The position numbers and the translations under genes are program-made. Of a stretch of DNA of 64,000 nt, positions 26,528-39,362 are shown in pieces. The notes beneath the pieces were generated by a model. It did not search any database. It was not told the DNA's origin and saw only the letters and a program-made list of their open reading frames with translations. Each line of letters opens with the position of its first letter. The stretch's first letter is position 1. Origin of the DNA: Octopus sinensis (Eukaryota); contig NC_042998.1 in NCBI RefSeq assembly GCF_006345805.1, positions 152,334,001-152,398,000 of the forward strand. Reading direction: 5' to 3'.

Positions 26528-26965
26528 GGCGCGGGTATAGCTGTGTGTTAAGAAGCTTGCTTCCCAACCATATGGTTCCGAGTTCAGTTGTACTGCGTGA
26601 CTCCTTGGGCAAGTGTTTTCTACTATAGCATCGGGTAGGTCAAAGCCATGTAAATAGATTTGGCTGACAGAAACTGACAGAAGACTCAAAAACATACACA
26701 CACACACACACACACACATGTGGATGTGTGATTGCGTGTACGTGTGTGTATGTCAGTGTCTGTGTTTCCATGCCCTCAAAACGCCGCTTGACAACCAGTG
26801 GGTTAACGTTTCCGTAACCTAGCGGTTCGACAAAAGTGCCCGATAGAATGATTATCAACCTGTAAAAAAACAAGCACTGGGGTCGATTCGCTTAATTAAA
26901 ATGCTTTAAGGCAGTGCCCCAGCATGGCCGCAGTCTAATGACTGAAACAACATAAGATAAAAGAT
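26528..26965 (+). mobile_element. tRNA-derived CORE-type SINE
   Basis: Head ggcgcgggtatagctgtgtgttaagaagcttgcttcccaaccatatggttccgagttcag; CORE-like gggcaagtgttttctactatagc; internal (CA)n; tail gccccagcatggccgcagtctaatgactgaaacaacataagataaaaga. Confidence 0.8.
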
Positions 26966-26986
26966 ACATACGACGTATATATTCAC

Positions 26987-27314
<328 letters not shown>

Positions 27315-27326
27315 AACTATATATAT

Positions 27327-27503
<177 letters not shown>

Positions 27504-27516
27504 ATATATATACACG

Positions 27517-27574
<58 letters not shown>

Positions 27575-28708
27575 TACGAAACAATTTTCTTCATAGATAT
27601 GCTTTAAAACGGGACAATTGAGAGAAATATTTAACTGCTATTTCTAGCAGATTAGCCAAATACGTTGTAACCATGGTTTTCTTTGCATGTCGTGTTATCA
27701 GTGTAGCGATAAGATGTAGCCGTCTACCAAATGTAGCGTGTACATGTAACTCTTGTATGTAACACATGTTGATGTGAGGTTCTCGCGACGGAGATAACAG
27801 TGAAGAACATCGAAGAATAACATCGAAAACGAAGGGATATTATTTACATCTTTCATTTGCCCGGTAAGTGGTTAGTAGTAAGTAAGACAGTAGTAACTGT
27901 ATATAGTTTACATGACAAAGGGTTCCCTCTGTAGTGTGGAAGATGCGTTCCGCTAGTAGAGAAAGGGAACGCACGGTGCTGGCAAGAAAGGAAGAAAGGA
28001 TGTTAACATCGTCCCTTTATTTCGGTCGAATTGCTTTTCGTATCGCGACTGAAAGACGAAGAGAAGTGTTGCTCCTGGTCATGGCTGACACAGAAGAGGG
28101 CGAGAAGGGAAATGGTCTCTGTTATATAGACTATGCTAGGATGTAGGTCAAGTTCTAAAAAAAGGACTGACCTTTAAGCGACCACGAAAATGTCTTAGGC
28201 CACGTGTTTGCTATCTTAAGCTAGACAGCCAAAAATGATATTCTACACTACTCCTTCCCCCAGAGAGTTCTACAGAGAACGAACAAGCTAAGGAAGGAGT
28301 GCATGCATCCAAAAATGCACATCAAGACAGAATTGTGAAAGGTATTTCGTTGGTGGTGAATATGATGCAAAACTGAGAAAAATTGCGCATATATGAGAAT
28401 ATATGCAGGACATGTATCTATTTGGGTGGGTTCAAATAGCGGTGTCGCATTGCGCGCGAAGTGGGAAGTCTGTGACTGAGGCAGAGTGAGCGTGCGCACA
28501 AGGGTGTTTACATGAGTGAGAGAGACCGGCAACTTTGAAATAATCTGAGGCGAGTGAGTGAGCACATTCTCAATCCATATGCGTTAGATTTTTTATGCAG
28601 GATTGCATTCAGTGTGAAATGCCTTGAAAGTAGTGCAGAGGCGAAATGTGTCTGGCGCATTAGCAAGAACGACAGTGTGGCATGATGGCGCGTTGCATGG
28701 AACAGACA

Positions 28709-28798
<90 letters not shown>

Positions 28799-29210
28799 AT
28801 TTCGTGACCAGCCTGGAGTCTAACAGAAGCTAGTTGTATCTGACAAGGGCGCAGAAAGCACGAAATGATATCCGATGTTCATAGAGTCAGGCAAAGGAGC
28901 TAAGCGGGCACATATATAATGAAAACAACTCAACTCAATATTGTGGTGCACAATATTGTGGTGCATGTGTATAACTGGGTGCAGACATGCAGGCATGTGT
29001 TTATGAACGTTTAAATCTTTTGTTGTTTTGTTTTACAAACAAAATATAGAATAGTGCATAAATGGGTCAGCGTGCAAAGAAAGATATTGCAGACATTCTA
29101 AAAAGAGAACCTGTAGCAGAAACCATGCAATAAGAACAGGTAAACAATGCGTATGCATAGAATGTGCCATGCCAGTAGCCAACGAGAAAAAATATTATTA
29201 AAAATATATA

Positions 29211-29426
29211 TATTTCTTTATTACCCACAAGGGGCTAAACATAAAGGGGACAAACAAGGACAGACAAAGGGATTAAGTCGATTACATCGACCCCTAGTGC
29301 CTAACTGGTACTTAATTTATCGACCCCGAAAGGATGAAAAACAAAGTCGGCCTCGGCGGAATTTGAACTCAGAATGTAAAGACAGACGACATACTGCTAA
29401 GCATTTCGCCCGGCGTGCTAACGATT
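29211..29426 (-). mobile_element. tRNA-derived SINE (same family as 5226-5442)
   Basis: Reverse complement aligns to 5240-5442. Confidence 0.9.
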
Positions 29427-29431
29427 CTATG

Positions 29432-29592
29432 CGCAGGAGTGACTCTGTGGTAAATAGTTTGCTTACCAGCCACATGGTTCCGGGTTCAGTCCCACTGCGT
29501 GGCAACTTGGACAAGTGTCTTCTACAATAGCCTAGGGTTGACCAAAGCCTTGTGAGTAGATTTGGTAGACGGAAAGTGAAAGAAGCCCGTCG
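29432..29592 (+). mobile_element. CORE-type SINE 5' part, back-to-back with the preceding SINE
   Basis: gcaggagtgactctgtggtaaatagtttgcttaccagccacatggttccgggttcagtcccactgcgtggcaacttggacaagtgtcttctac...gatttggtagacggaaagtgaaagaagcccgtcgt. Confidence 0.85.
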
Positions 29593-30179
29593 TGACTCTA
29601 CTCTTTATTCTTTTCTTTCTCCATCCTTCCCTAATTCCCCTCTTCTCCCTTTCACCATTTTCTATCTGTCTCTCTCTCCCTCTTTCTTTTTTCTCTCTCG
29701 TTGCTCAAACGTAACCACCGTCCATCTTTCTTTTCCTCCCGTGACCATCTTTCTTTTCCTGCACGGTCGTTTTCTTTCTCTCTTCTATGTATTTTCTTTT
29801 TTAAAAAAAATATTTCTCCCATCGTTCACTATTTTCCTCTCGCTCTAGTCTAACGACCCTCCATGTTTGTTTTCGTTCGATTTCCTTGTATGTCTCGAAT
29901 GTCCTGCTTTTGCTCCCAACTTTGACCCTCCATAAATTCTAAATTTTATTTTGGAATTTATGAGCGCAACTGTCTTTGAAGACTCTATTGTCGTTGAATG
30001 TTCGAAACGAGTTGACAGACACCCGACAATTGATGAAAGGTCGTTCTCTGTGTTTACTTGTCCGTTTTCCATTTTTTCTCTCGTCGTTTGCGTATTTAAC
30101 TCGTTCGTTTTCGTATTTCATGTTGTTTACACAGTTGGTGACGCCCTGTACCCATATATGCATATATATATATATATGC

Positions 30180-30214
<35 letters not shown>

Positions 30215-30215
<1 letters not shown>

Positions 30216-30614
30216 AATAGAAATATTAAAATTACTAAGTCTCTCTAAAAGAGATTACGGCAGCGTTACTGGAAATTAATTGTTATCGCCATATTAATAT
30301 GGCAGTCTTATAGATATAAGACTAAAAGCTGTCGCTGATTAGCTCCATGAGGCCATCGCCTTAAGATAGCTATTTGACACACAAACTGTGTCCATTATAA
30401 CCTTCGAACAAGGGAGGTCAGCCACTTCACACTGCCAGTCAGACAGCTACAGACGCGGTTCAGGGTATTTGCCCTTTGTCAATGTAGCGTAGTCAGACCC
30501 AGCAGGTGTCGCCACTGATCGTCTCTGTTCGAAGGTTTTATTTACCTAGTTTCGGTGGAATACATCCACTTGTTTTCAATAATAGAAATATTAAAATTAC
30601 TAAGTCTCTCTAAA
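30215..30614. repeat. 365-bp hairpin-rich unit bounded by 35-bp direct repeats, abutting (TA)n
   Basis: taatagaaatattaaaattactaagtctctctaaa occurs at 30215-30249 and 30580-30614. Confidence 0.8.
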
Positions 30615-31449
30615 CTACGACTGCTGCAAAATTCGTTGTTTTTTGTTTTGTTTTTTTTTTTCATTTATAAATTCATCGCCTGTTGGCATGCTTTTTAAAA
30701 CAGAACTGCTTTCGCAATTTACGAAGTTGGCTGTATTTTTGGTACTTTTGCTCGAACCAGGTTCCTCGTTGGACCTGCCTTTTACTGGAGGTTTATCCAT
30801 AGCTGAAATTAAATGCGCCACGGAAATTATAATAATATTTTACCCCTTCCCACAAGGGAAGAAACGTTAACAAAGGACTGCCACAATCAGAAAAATGGGT
30901 GTTTAAAAAACACTCAACAAAAGTTCAACAAATTAATAATTCAACAGTGCAAATCTAACAAATTAACCACAAATATATTACAGCTTACCCCAAATGTTTC
31001 GAACAACGCCACAAACAACATTCACGAACGAGTCAGTTCAGATGATTGTAACATTTTCTTTATTTTGGCACTCAGGCCACTAACACAGAGGGGACACTAC
31101 AAGGACAGATACAACACCACAGTGGGGGCAAAAACACAAACGAATGAGTATGAATATTATATAATAATGAAAATGAATGGCTGCATCGGCCCCACTCCTC
31201 ATGCAGTACCATTTGAACGTTTGTACACACAGTCACTATCTTTTGTTTTTTTTCTTAATTATCGTTTTTATCAAAAACTTTTTCCTTTCTTTTTTTCCCT
31301 TTTTTTAAAAAAAAAAACAAGTAATTAATTTTTTTCCTTTTAACGTCTCATATATGGCTCAAGTTCTAACAAATCAATGGCAGCTCACTAATGCTCCGGC
31401 TGGGTCAATCCTACTTCCGCACATGTCTCTAAGTTTCTTATAGGTTTCC

Positions 31450-32760
31450 CTATCGACCACAATAGCCTTCACACTCTCTGGGTATACGTCGTTGGGTAAC
31501 TTTACTCTTATGATGTGTTTGAACTTTGCGATTTTTTCTATCCACCTCCTTGTTCTTAGAATAGGTCACAAAATTCCTATTGTTCTTACCTCCTTTCGGT
31601 CTTCTCCTTTCTCCCTTTACTACCTTTCCTATCAGAAGCTCCTCTATACTCTTCTCTGAGTCTGGTACCTTCCCTTTCTCCGTCTCCACTGTAAACAGCT
31701 TCTCCATCTCACCCTCTTGTAGTTAAGTTCCTAAGTCTTCCGTCAAGTCACCTGTCATCCTCATACTTGCTTCTTCCTTCTCTGACTCATTGTCACACAC
31801 CTTAATTATTTGTTCACTTTCCTTTTCCGTCTCACTTTTATCATCTTTCTTTCTCGTCACCTCTTTCTTTTCCACCTCTTCTTTCTTCTTTTTTTGGTTA
31901 GTGGGCGGCAGGGTTACCCTACCGCTCCTCCTTCTTTTTCTTTCCACCAGCATGAATTCATCTTCATATGTTTTCTCATTATTCTCAACTGTTACTGCCT
32001 GTTCGACATTTTCTTTAGTCTCTCACTGTTCTTTTCGTGGGCATCTCGCCTTCATGCGTCCCTTTTCGCCACATTCGTAACACACAGGCGGTCTTCCCTC
32101 CACCTTCATTCTTAGTGAAAACCCGTCAGGTAACACTATCTCCTCTGTTATTCTGTTGCCTGGATTGTTAACTCCAACCCATAGCCCCAGTAGTCCAACT
32201 TGTTTGTTCTGGTGGCCTTCAGTATTCTGGCCCCGTCTTCCATGTTATACATAATGGCCGTCATTAGCCATGCCTCCTCCAGCTCCGGGGGCACCTGGCC
32301 TACCCGCACTCTCGCCACACGTTTGCCGCAATAGGATGGCAGAAGAATCCATTCTTCTGAGCGGATTGCCTCCGTAGCATGCCTCACAGCTTCCTCTTCC
32401 GATGTGAAACGTACATCTATAGTGGCATATTTCCTGCCTCTTGCTCTGAAGGTTTTTCATACATTTTTCATACTTTCCAGTACCTTCTCAATCTCCTCCA
32501 CAGTTGCTATCTCGATTCTTCTTATGGCAAACCTTCATGGTCTTGTAGGTCACCGTCTTCTTCCTAACGCTGTTCATTAGTTCCTCTGGTGGCGTCAACT
32601 TTATCTTCTCGCCTTCCTTTTTCAGCAGCTTCTCACTAGCCTTCATCTTCCTGGGCTCGACCTTTATTTCAAAGGTTTCTAATGCTTCCTTATCTGCTCC
32701 TCTTCCAGTTACGGCTGCATAGCAGTGACCGCCCGCTGGCGCCATCTCCATTTTCCTCAA
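31450..32760 (-). mobile_element. L1/Tx1-like LINE ORF1 (gag-like) remnant
   Basis: MEMAPAGGHCYAAVTG...RVARVRVGQVPPELEEAWLMTAI; frameshifted VEGRPPVCYECGEKGRMKARCP (decayed CCHC knuckle), then a K/E-rich tail. Confidence 0.65.
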
Positions 32761-33069
32761 TGTGATAGTTTAACAACACAAAAATTAACGGTATAACAAA
32801 CGATAATAACAACGGTATTAACAACAGCAGTAATCAACAATAAATTCACTTCAACTCACAAATACAACTCAACTTCAGCAACTCAATTTCAAAAATGCTG
32901 ATTGTAACAACAGTGAAAAAAATACCAATGTTAATTTATTGATTCATTTGGGCAAGCCTATAGCTGTATTATCAGGCAGTTGCAAAAAATGTTTAAATTC
33001 AAAACTCGACAAAAATCCTGTACGAATTCTTCATGGTTCAAAACGTTGCTTACTTTTTACTCAATCTGA

Positions 33070-33156
<87 letters not shown>

Positions 33157-33803
33157 TAGTAGAGTTAGAGGTTGGAATAACCGTCTAAGGGATAATATCC
33201 GTTATACTACCAGTATAATTACCTATGTTAACCCTGAACATACATATGCAGGCATATTATGCTCATAGGTTACAGGTAATGACAAAGATAAACATGAATT
33301 TATCAGGAATCAAATTTAAAGTAAACAGAAAATGGAGAAACATTGATCAACAACAAAAGAAATAGACTGTATCCCATATAACACCTGTTTCTACTTACAA
33401 TGTTATATGGTATTGCCACTGAAAATATAAAAAATAATATTCATCATATTTGGTAATACATCCGATCTGGAGCATGGAGCTTCATCAGAGTGAAGAAAAA
33501 TATATACATAAAAGAAAAGAAAAGAAAAGAAGAGCCTCGAGAGGAAGATTAATGGCTTAAAATATTAATTGGTTAATTAATTTTCTATAGGGGTAACAGA
33601 GTGGATAAATAATAAAAAAGTAAAAATTAAAAATTTACAATAGCAGGATACGCCAATAGGTTTAGACAAAGAGGAGTGAGAGTGCCATAACGTTTTGAAG
33701 TAATCATATTTCTTAATAATTATGTTTATAGTAATAATTAGTAGTTTATCATAATAAAGTGCTCAACAATTAATTTCAATTATTTACTTACTGATATGTT
33801 GTA

Positions 33804-33940
33804 AAGTCCAACCACCTATTACCTGTAATGGGATTGACCAAAGTCCAGCGTACGATATAATTGGTCAGTTAAATTTAAATTTAACTGACCAATTATATCG
33901 TACGCTGGACTTTGGTCAATACCATTAGGTGGTTAGACTT
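33804..33940. repeat. Loop-less perfect 88-bp palindrome (33833-33920) with imperfect outer arms
   Basis: attgaccaaagtccagcgtacgatataattggtcagttaaattt|aaatttaactgaccaattatatcgtacgctggactttggtcaat. Confidence 0.95.
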
Positions 33941-34630
33941 AGGTGGAATCGAAAAATTATTACTTAGAGAATGATTATAAAGAAGGAAATTATTTCACTA
34001 AGTGCCAAAATTTGTCTTTCTTCAAAAAAACCATCATACCCTTGCCACACATGACACCCTAATCGACAAAAGAAGAAAAAAAAACAGAAAATGCAATGCG
34101 AGAAACAATAACTTCTTAATTTTTATATCAGAACTATCAATGTTACAATTTATTGACGAATTATATTCAAGGACACGACATTACATGCTAGGAAGGAAAT
34201 GAGTTGGAAGATGAAACTCTCTTATATACACCTTGTATATTAGCTAATATGCAGCGTGTATATACCATATACGCTCCTTATATATTGATTCCAAGTTTTG
34301 AAAGGTGGGTGAATGTTGGAAGAATGGTCAGTGTGGAAGGGCCAATTCTGAGCGTGTACCTTTAAAAAAAAAAAGGAATTAAAAGAGGAAGGCTCTCGCC
34401 CTGTTGTTCAGGTACCAGTGGCTTTTCTGGATTTTTCAACGAGGACCTTAATGCGCCTCCCCTATTGGAAATTTTAATTTGTTTGATTTTTTATTGTTAT
34501 GCTTTGTTTACACGCGGAAAACCCGTTTCTGTCTTTTATGTTGTTACATGTCCTTTAATGTTATTTTATGTGAGCCCTTGTGGCTAATAAAAGAATGAAT
34601 AATAATAATAATAATTAGTAGTACTAGTAT

Positions 34631-34685
<55 letters not shown>

Positions 34686-34714
34686 TTGCTTGCTTGTATC
34701 CAGGGTTACGATTA

Positions 34715-35130
34715 TCTCTTATTATAAAAGGCAGATTTTATCTGCCTCCCTTTGGGAGTTATACAAATCTACAATATAGGATTTCTTCAATTACAATTTA
34801 CCTAGCATTTTTAAGAGTACAATGCATCGCGTCATGCCAGGTCCAGTTTTTAAAATTTTAACTCCAATTAAGCAAAATTTACAGAAAACTCACATTCTGG
34901 TGTGTGTGTCAAATGCTTTTCTTAGTCTGGTTTACACCAAACGCAAACGCACACACACAGTGGGCAACGAATAAAATGAAAGTAATTCACTTACTGTAGT
35001 GAGTGATTCTTTCACTCTGCCTCCCACTTCCTCTTTCCACACATAGACACGCAAATATATAAATAAAATTGTAAGCTAACGTGCGTGTGTGTGAGTGTGT
35101 GTGTGTGTGCGCGTGTGTGTGTGTGTGAGG

Positions 35131-35166
<36 letters not shown>

Positions 35167-35564
35167 GCGTGAGTGTGTGACAGGAAAGTTTTTAAAAGGC
35201 AGATTTAATCTGCCTCCCTTTGGGAGTTATACAAATCTACAATATAGGATTACTTCAATTACAATTTACCTAGCATTTTTAAGAGTACAATGCATCGCGT
35301 CATGCCAGGTCCAGTTTTTAAAATTTTAACTCCAATTAAGCAAAATTTACAGAAAAATCACATTTTGGTGTGTGTGTGTCAAATGCTTTTCTTAGTCTGG
35401 TTTACACCACACGCAAACGCACACACACAGTGGGCAACGAATAAAATGAAAGTAATTCACTTACTGTAGTGAGTGATTCTTTCACTCTGCCTCCCACTTC
35501 CTAATTCCACACATAGACACGCAAATATATAAATAAAATTGTAAGCTAACGTGCGTGTGTGTGA

Positions 35565-35596
<32 letters not shown>

Positions 35597-35664
35597 GTGT
35601 GTGAGGGTGCGTGTGTGTGTGTGTGTGTGTGCGTGTGCGTGAGTGTGTGACAGGAAAGTTTTTT
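34715..35664 (+). mobile_element. Helitron-type non-autonomous element 5' part, present as a 468-bp tandem duplication
   Basis: A|TCTCTTATTATAAAAG start resembles the 36845 and 60667 starts; 34725-35192 repeats at 35193-35664. No 3' hairpin-CTAG was found. Confidence 0.55.
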
Positions 35665-35700
35665 ACGACGAATATAACACCTATATCCAAGTAGCAGAAA

Positions 35701-35968
35701 GATAAGACAGTAAGGTGTGATTTGAGGGAGATTTGCCTGCTATTTCTACCATGTCTAGCTGCCATGTAGGGGTCTCCCTCATAGGCTCATACATACATAT
35801 ATACATAGATAAGACAGTAAGGTGTGAATTGGGGGAAATTTGGCTGCTATTTCTACCAGGTCTAGCTACCATGTAGAGGTCCCCCTCATTGGCTCATATA
35901 TATATACATACATAAGACAGTAAGGTGTGATTTGAGGGAGATTTGGCTGCTGTTTCTACCAGGTCTGT
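35701..35968 (+). repeat. About 110-bp minisatellite, roughly 2.5 copies
   Basis: ataagacagtaaggtgtga(t/a)ttg..gga(g/a)atttg..tgct.tttctacca.gtct occurs three times. Confidence 0.85.
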
Positions 35969-36057
35969 TAGGCCTTCTCATGTAAACTCAAGCTTTCTCA
36001 TGCCTTGAACATAAGACCAAAGCAGAGAATGTATTCTTTTATTCTTCTGCTTTTTCC

Positions 36058-36260
36058 AGCCATTGGTCTGTGGCCATGCTGGGGCAATGCCTTGAAGAAT
36101 TGTACTTTAATGAATCAACTCCAGTTTTATTTTTGTAAGCATTGTACTTATTCTATCTGTTTCCTTTGTCAAACCACTAGGTGACAGGGATGTAAACAAA
36201 CCAACATTCGTTGTCAAGCAGTGGTGGAGGACAATCACAAGCACAGACACGCACACACAC
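36058..36260 (-). mobile_element. CORE-type SINE 3' part
   Basis: Reverse complement resembles 26750-26945 (gcattgccccagcatggccacagaccaatg). Confidence 0.7.
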
Positions 36261-36309
36261 ACACTTACATGCATACACATATACACACATACATACATAC
36301 ATACATACA

Positions 36310-36343
<34 letters not shown>

Positions 36344-36349
36344 CATACA

Positions 36350-36385
<36 letters not shown>

Positions 36386-36403
36386 TATGTGTGTATATAT
36401 ATA

Positions 36404-36662
36404 TTGCAGCGTGGAAGGTGTTTGTAAGCCATTTAAGAAACACACAAAAACCGTTACATTCACTTCAACATTTAAATTTAATTTGCCAAAATATTTTCGT
36501 CGCTTTGAGACCGCGACCTGTTCACTGACAAAAATATCGTGCTAACTGGTCGCGATCTCAAAGCGACGAAAATATTTTGACAAATTAAATTTAAATGTTG
36601 AAGTGAATCTAACGGTTTTTGTGTGTTTCTTAAATGGCTTATAAACACCTTCAACGCTGCAA
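36404..36662. repeat. Fold-back with 115-bp arms and a 29-bp spacer, between (TA)n tracts
   Basis: 36404-36518 is the reverse complement of 36548-36662 with a few substitutions. Confidence 0.9.
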
Positions 36663-36741
36663 CTGTTTTCGTTCCAGCACACGATCTCAGTCACACGATC
36701 AAGTCACTTGCTATGCAAGTACATCTCTGTAACTATATATA

Positions 36742-36782
<41 letters not shown>

Positions 36783-36844
36783 TGGTAAAAACAGTAAGAT
36801 AACAAAAGAAAGAAGAGACCTCAATATTATGTAAATAGAGGAAA

Positions 36845-37238
36845 TCTTTATATATAAAAGTGAGGTTGTGTGTCTGTCTCCTACGATTTAGATTCCTAAC
36901 TACTCCCACATTTTGCGGTGCAGTTTAACCAAAACGGGTATCTTATAGTCGTGATTCATATCGAGACCGTCTGGGTATTAGCGCGCGTCTACGATGAGTC
37001 TACGATTTAAAAAAAAATTTACCAGCAATTTTTCCCATTTTTAATCCATTTTTGACATATATAAGGGAAGTAACTCTCTAAAATTTATTATTAAATCTCA
37101 GAACGTAAAAAGCTACAGTAACACCACTCCCACTTTGTGGTTAGCCATATTGAGATGGCTATTATACTTTACATCTCTAAAAATGCTTATATAATTATTT
37201 CCCTTAGAAACCCGAGCAACGCCGGGCGATACTGCTAG
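36845..37238 (+). mobile_element. Non-autonomous Helitron
   Basis: 5' A|TCTTTATATATAAAAG; 3' hairpin cccgagcaacgccggg followed by CTAG|T; no TSD. Confidence 0.85.
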
Positions 37239-37859
37239 TTATAAGATAAAAAATAAAGAAGAGAAAAAATGAACATTTTGTTCAGCATTACATATGGAAC
37301 TTTATACGTCAAATTCGATATAAAAGCTGGTAACATTTACCAAGAGGGTTCCAATCGTAAATATGCTGCCTTCAAGTGACCGGGAACAAATCTCTAACTT
37401 AGCTTCGCTTAGCAAAAAGAGGACCGTCAATTAGTTAAGAATTTGTTCATAAACAATGGGGAAATGATACGCAGTTAGAACACCGCAAAAAGATTCCAGA
37501 ATTTGTTGTAGTGCTTATTTATGAAATCAAACATTGCTGTCACAAAGAATTTCTTGAACTCACGACAGAAAAACTCCTGAGTAACTTCCAAAATGTTATC
37601 TATACATATGTGTCGAAGTTTTCTCTCCCATCGACATAGACCCTATAATTTTTTCAGAAAGACCAAATTAAATATTCAGAGAAAAATCACTTAATCCAGC
37701 AAAATTAGTGATATAAAGGATTAGAAGTTTTGGATTGGTCAAGGTTTTTGATCCTTCTTGAAATTGTCATAGTTCGATATTATAATAAAGATATTTTAGA
37801 AAGACCCTTGCCTTACTGAGCCCCAACTGACAAGATTGTTCAAAGTGTAATGTTATATG

Positions 37860-38515
37860 ACAGTCTATCATTTCTTTGATCAGTTCTTTTTGTTTTTAGT
37901 AAACTCTGTAGGTATTTTCAACTACAGGAGCTGGGTACAAGAGGGCAGACAAGGCAGTTCTCCAGTATGGCCTCCTTCTCCACATTTACAGGTGGTTGGG
38001 TCAGTCTTGAGGTGTCATCTGACCAAAGCATTTGTTGATCTTCCCGTACTCGTTCTCAGATGTTTGAGTGTCTTCCACTGAATTCATAGTGCTTCTGGGC
38101 CAGAAGGAAGATCTTTCGTTGGGGGAAATTTTCTATGTCGATTGGAGGAGGATAGTTTTCAAGCTTTTTCGTCCAGAGTTGGAATTCGGTTTCTTCCTGA
38201 GATACTTTTAAAGGCTGAACATGGGTGAAGAACTTTCTTCTTGACTTCAGTCGACGGACCAACAGTAGACGCCCATGAAGAAGGTGGCGTTCATCATTAG
38301 AATACTTTGTTATCTCGACTCAGCTGGTCATTTCCTGTCTGGTGTCCGCAAAGGAAACGCCAGCAAGAAACTGCAGGTTGTTTGCATAGGCGGGTTCCAT
38401 GCAACCAGAGATCAGGTGACAGGTGATGTTCAACGTTGAGTTTAATTTCTTGGTGTGGGTTGGTATCTCCTAAGTAGAATATGCACTCGCCACAGAGGAA
38501 TAGCACAAGGGTAAG
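37860..38515 (-). mobile_element. Decayed LINE ORF2 3' fragment (possibly L1/Tx1-like)
   Basis: Broken reading frames of LINE-like composition (..EETEFQLWTKKLENYPP..); family assignment is tentative. Confidence 0.35.
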
Positions 38516-39169
38516 CTACGAACATAATGAAGATTCTACTCATTCGGATTAAGCAAAATAGTTTTCCCACGTTATGAAATCGAGTAATTTCTTGGGTTAG
38601 ATAGCTTCCACAGTAAAATCAACAGGATATTTTTGTCAGGTCATTAAAGATGAAATCAAGAACTTTTAATTGCAAAGAACTTTTATTTGTGGAGGTTCAG
38701 GAAAACTTATAAATAAATAAAGTTCTTCTTATCAAGATTGTTGATTGCATTATAATAAGAATTCAATTTTGGTTTTAAATAAATGTAAGTTTTAATTTTT
38801 TTAAGTTTTGTATACATTAAAGAATTTAATTTTAACTGAAAGAGATATTTTTTATAAAACTTCCAAAATGTTTTAAATGCTCAGTTTAACGTTTGTGATA
38901 AAGGAAACAGACTGACACAGACTTACAACGGGGATAATTCTACAATACAGCACTATTCAGATATACTTTTTTCGTTGAAGTCAAAAAGCTATTAAGATAA
39001 GTGAAAGTAAATTGAGAACTATTTTAGAAGAGGCATAACCTTCACGTGGATAAAGTATTGAGTGACCGGTTCCTTGCCTATTTGAAACGCCATTTCCCCT
39101 CACCAGGAACAATACATACCAGTTAAACACCGACCATTCTAAGACCTTTGAGATGTCTTTCTTAAGATG

Positions 39170-39362
39170 TTTTTAATTAGTTAGCTACCTTTAATTAGTT
39201 AAAATCTTTAATTAGATGAGTATCATTACTTAAGTGTCTTTAATTAATTAGGTGATTTAATTAGTGGTTTTTAATTAGCTAGATGTCTTTAATTAGTTAG
39301 ACGTCTTTAATTAATTAGATGCCTTTAATTATTTAGCCGTCTTTAATTAATTGTCTTAATTG
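39170..39362. repeat. Degenerate ~19-bp minisatellite built on TTTAATTAG
   Basis: About ten repeats such as gatgtctttaattagtta, gacgtctttaattaatta, gatgcctttaattattta. Confidence 0.75.

Noticed and set aside
27666-28170. Possible solo LTR (begins TGTAAC)
   Set aside because: No second LTR, PBS, clear CA end or TSD could be identified.
29965-30030. Hammerhead-like words ctgtc-TTTGAAGA...ttcGAAACGAGTT-gacag in a TA-abutting repeat
   Set aside because: The core has an extra or mismatched base and stem II does not close at its base; at best a decayed motif.
30615-31328. ORFs 30615-30821 (-) and 30813-31328 (+)
   Set aside because: Low-complexity, A/T-run-rich, no recognisable domain; flanked by repeats.
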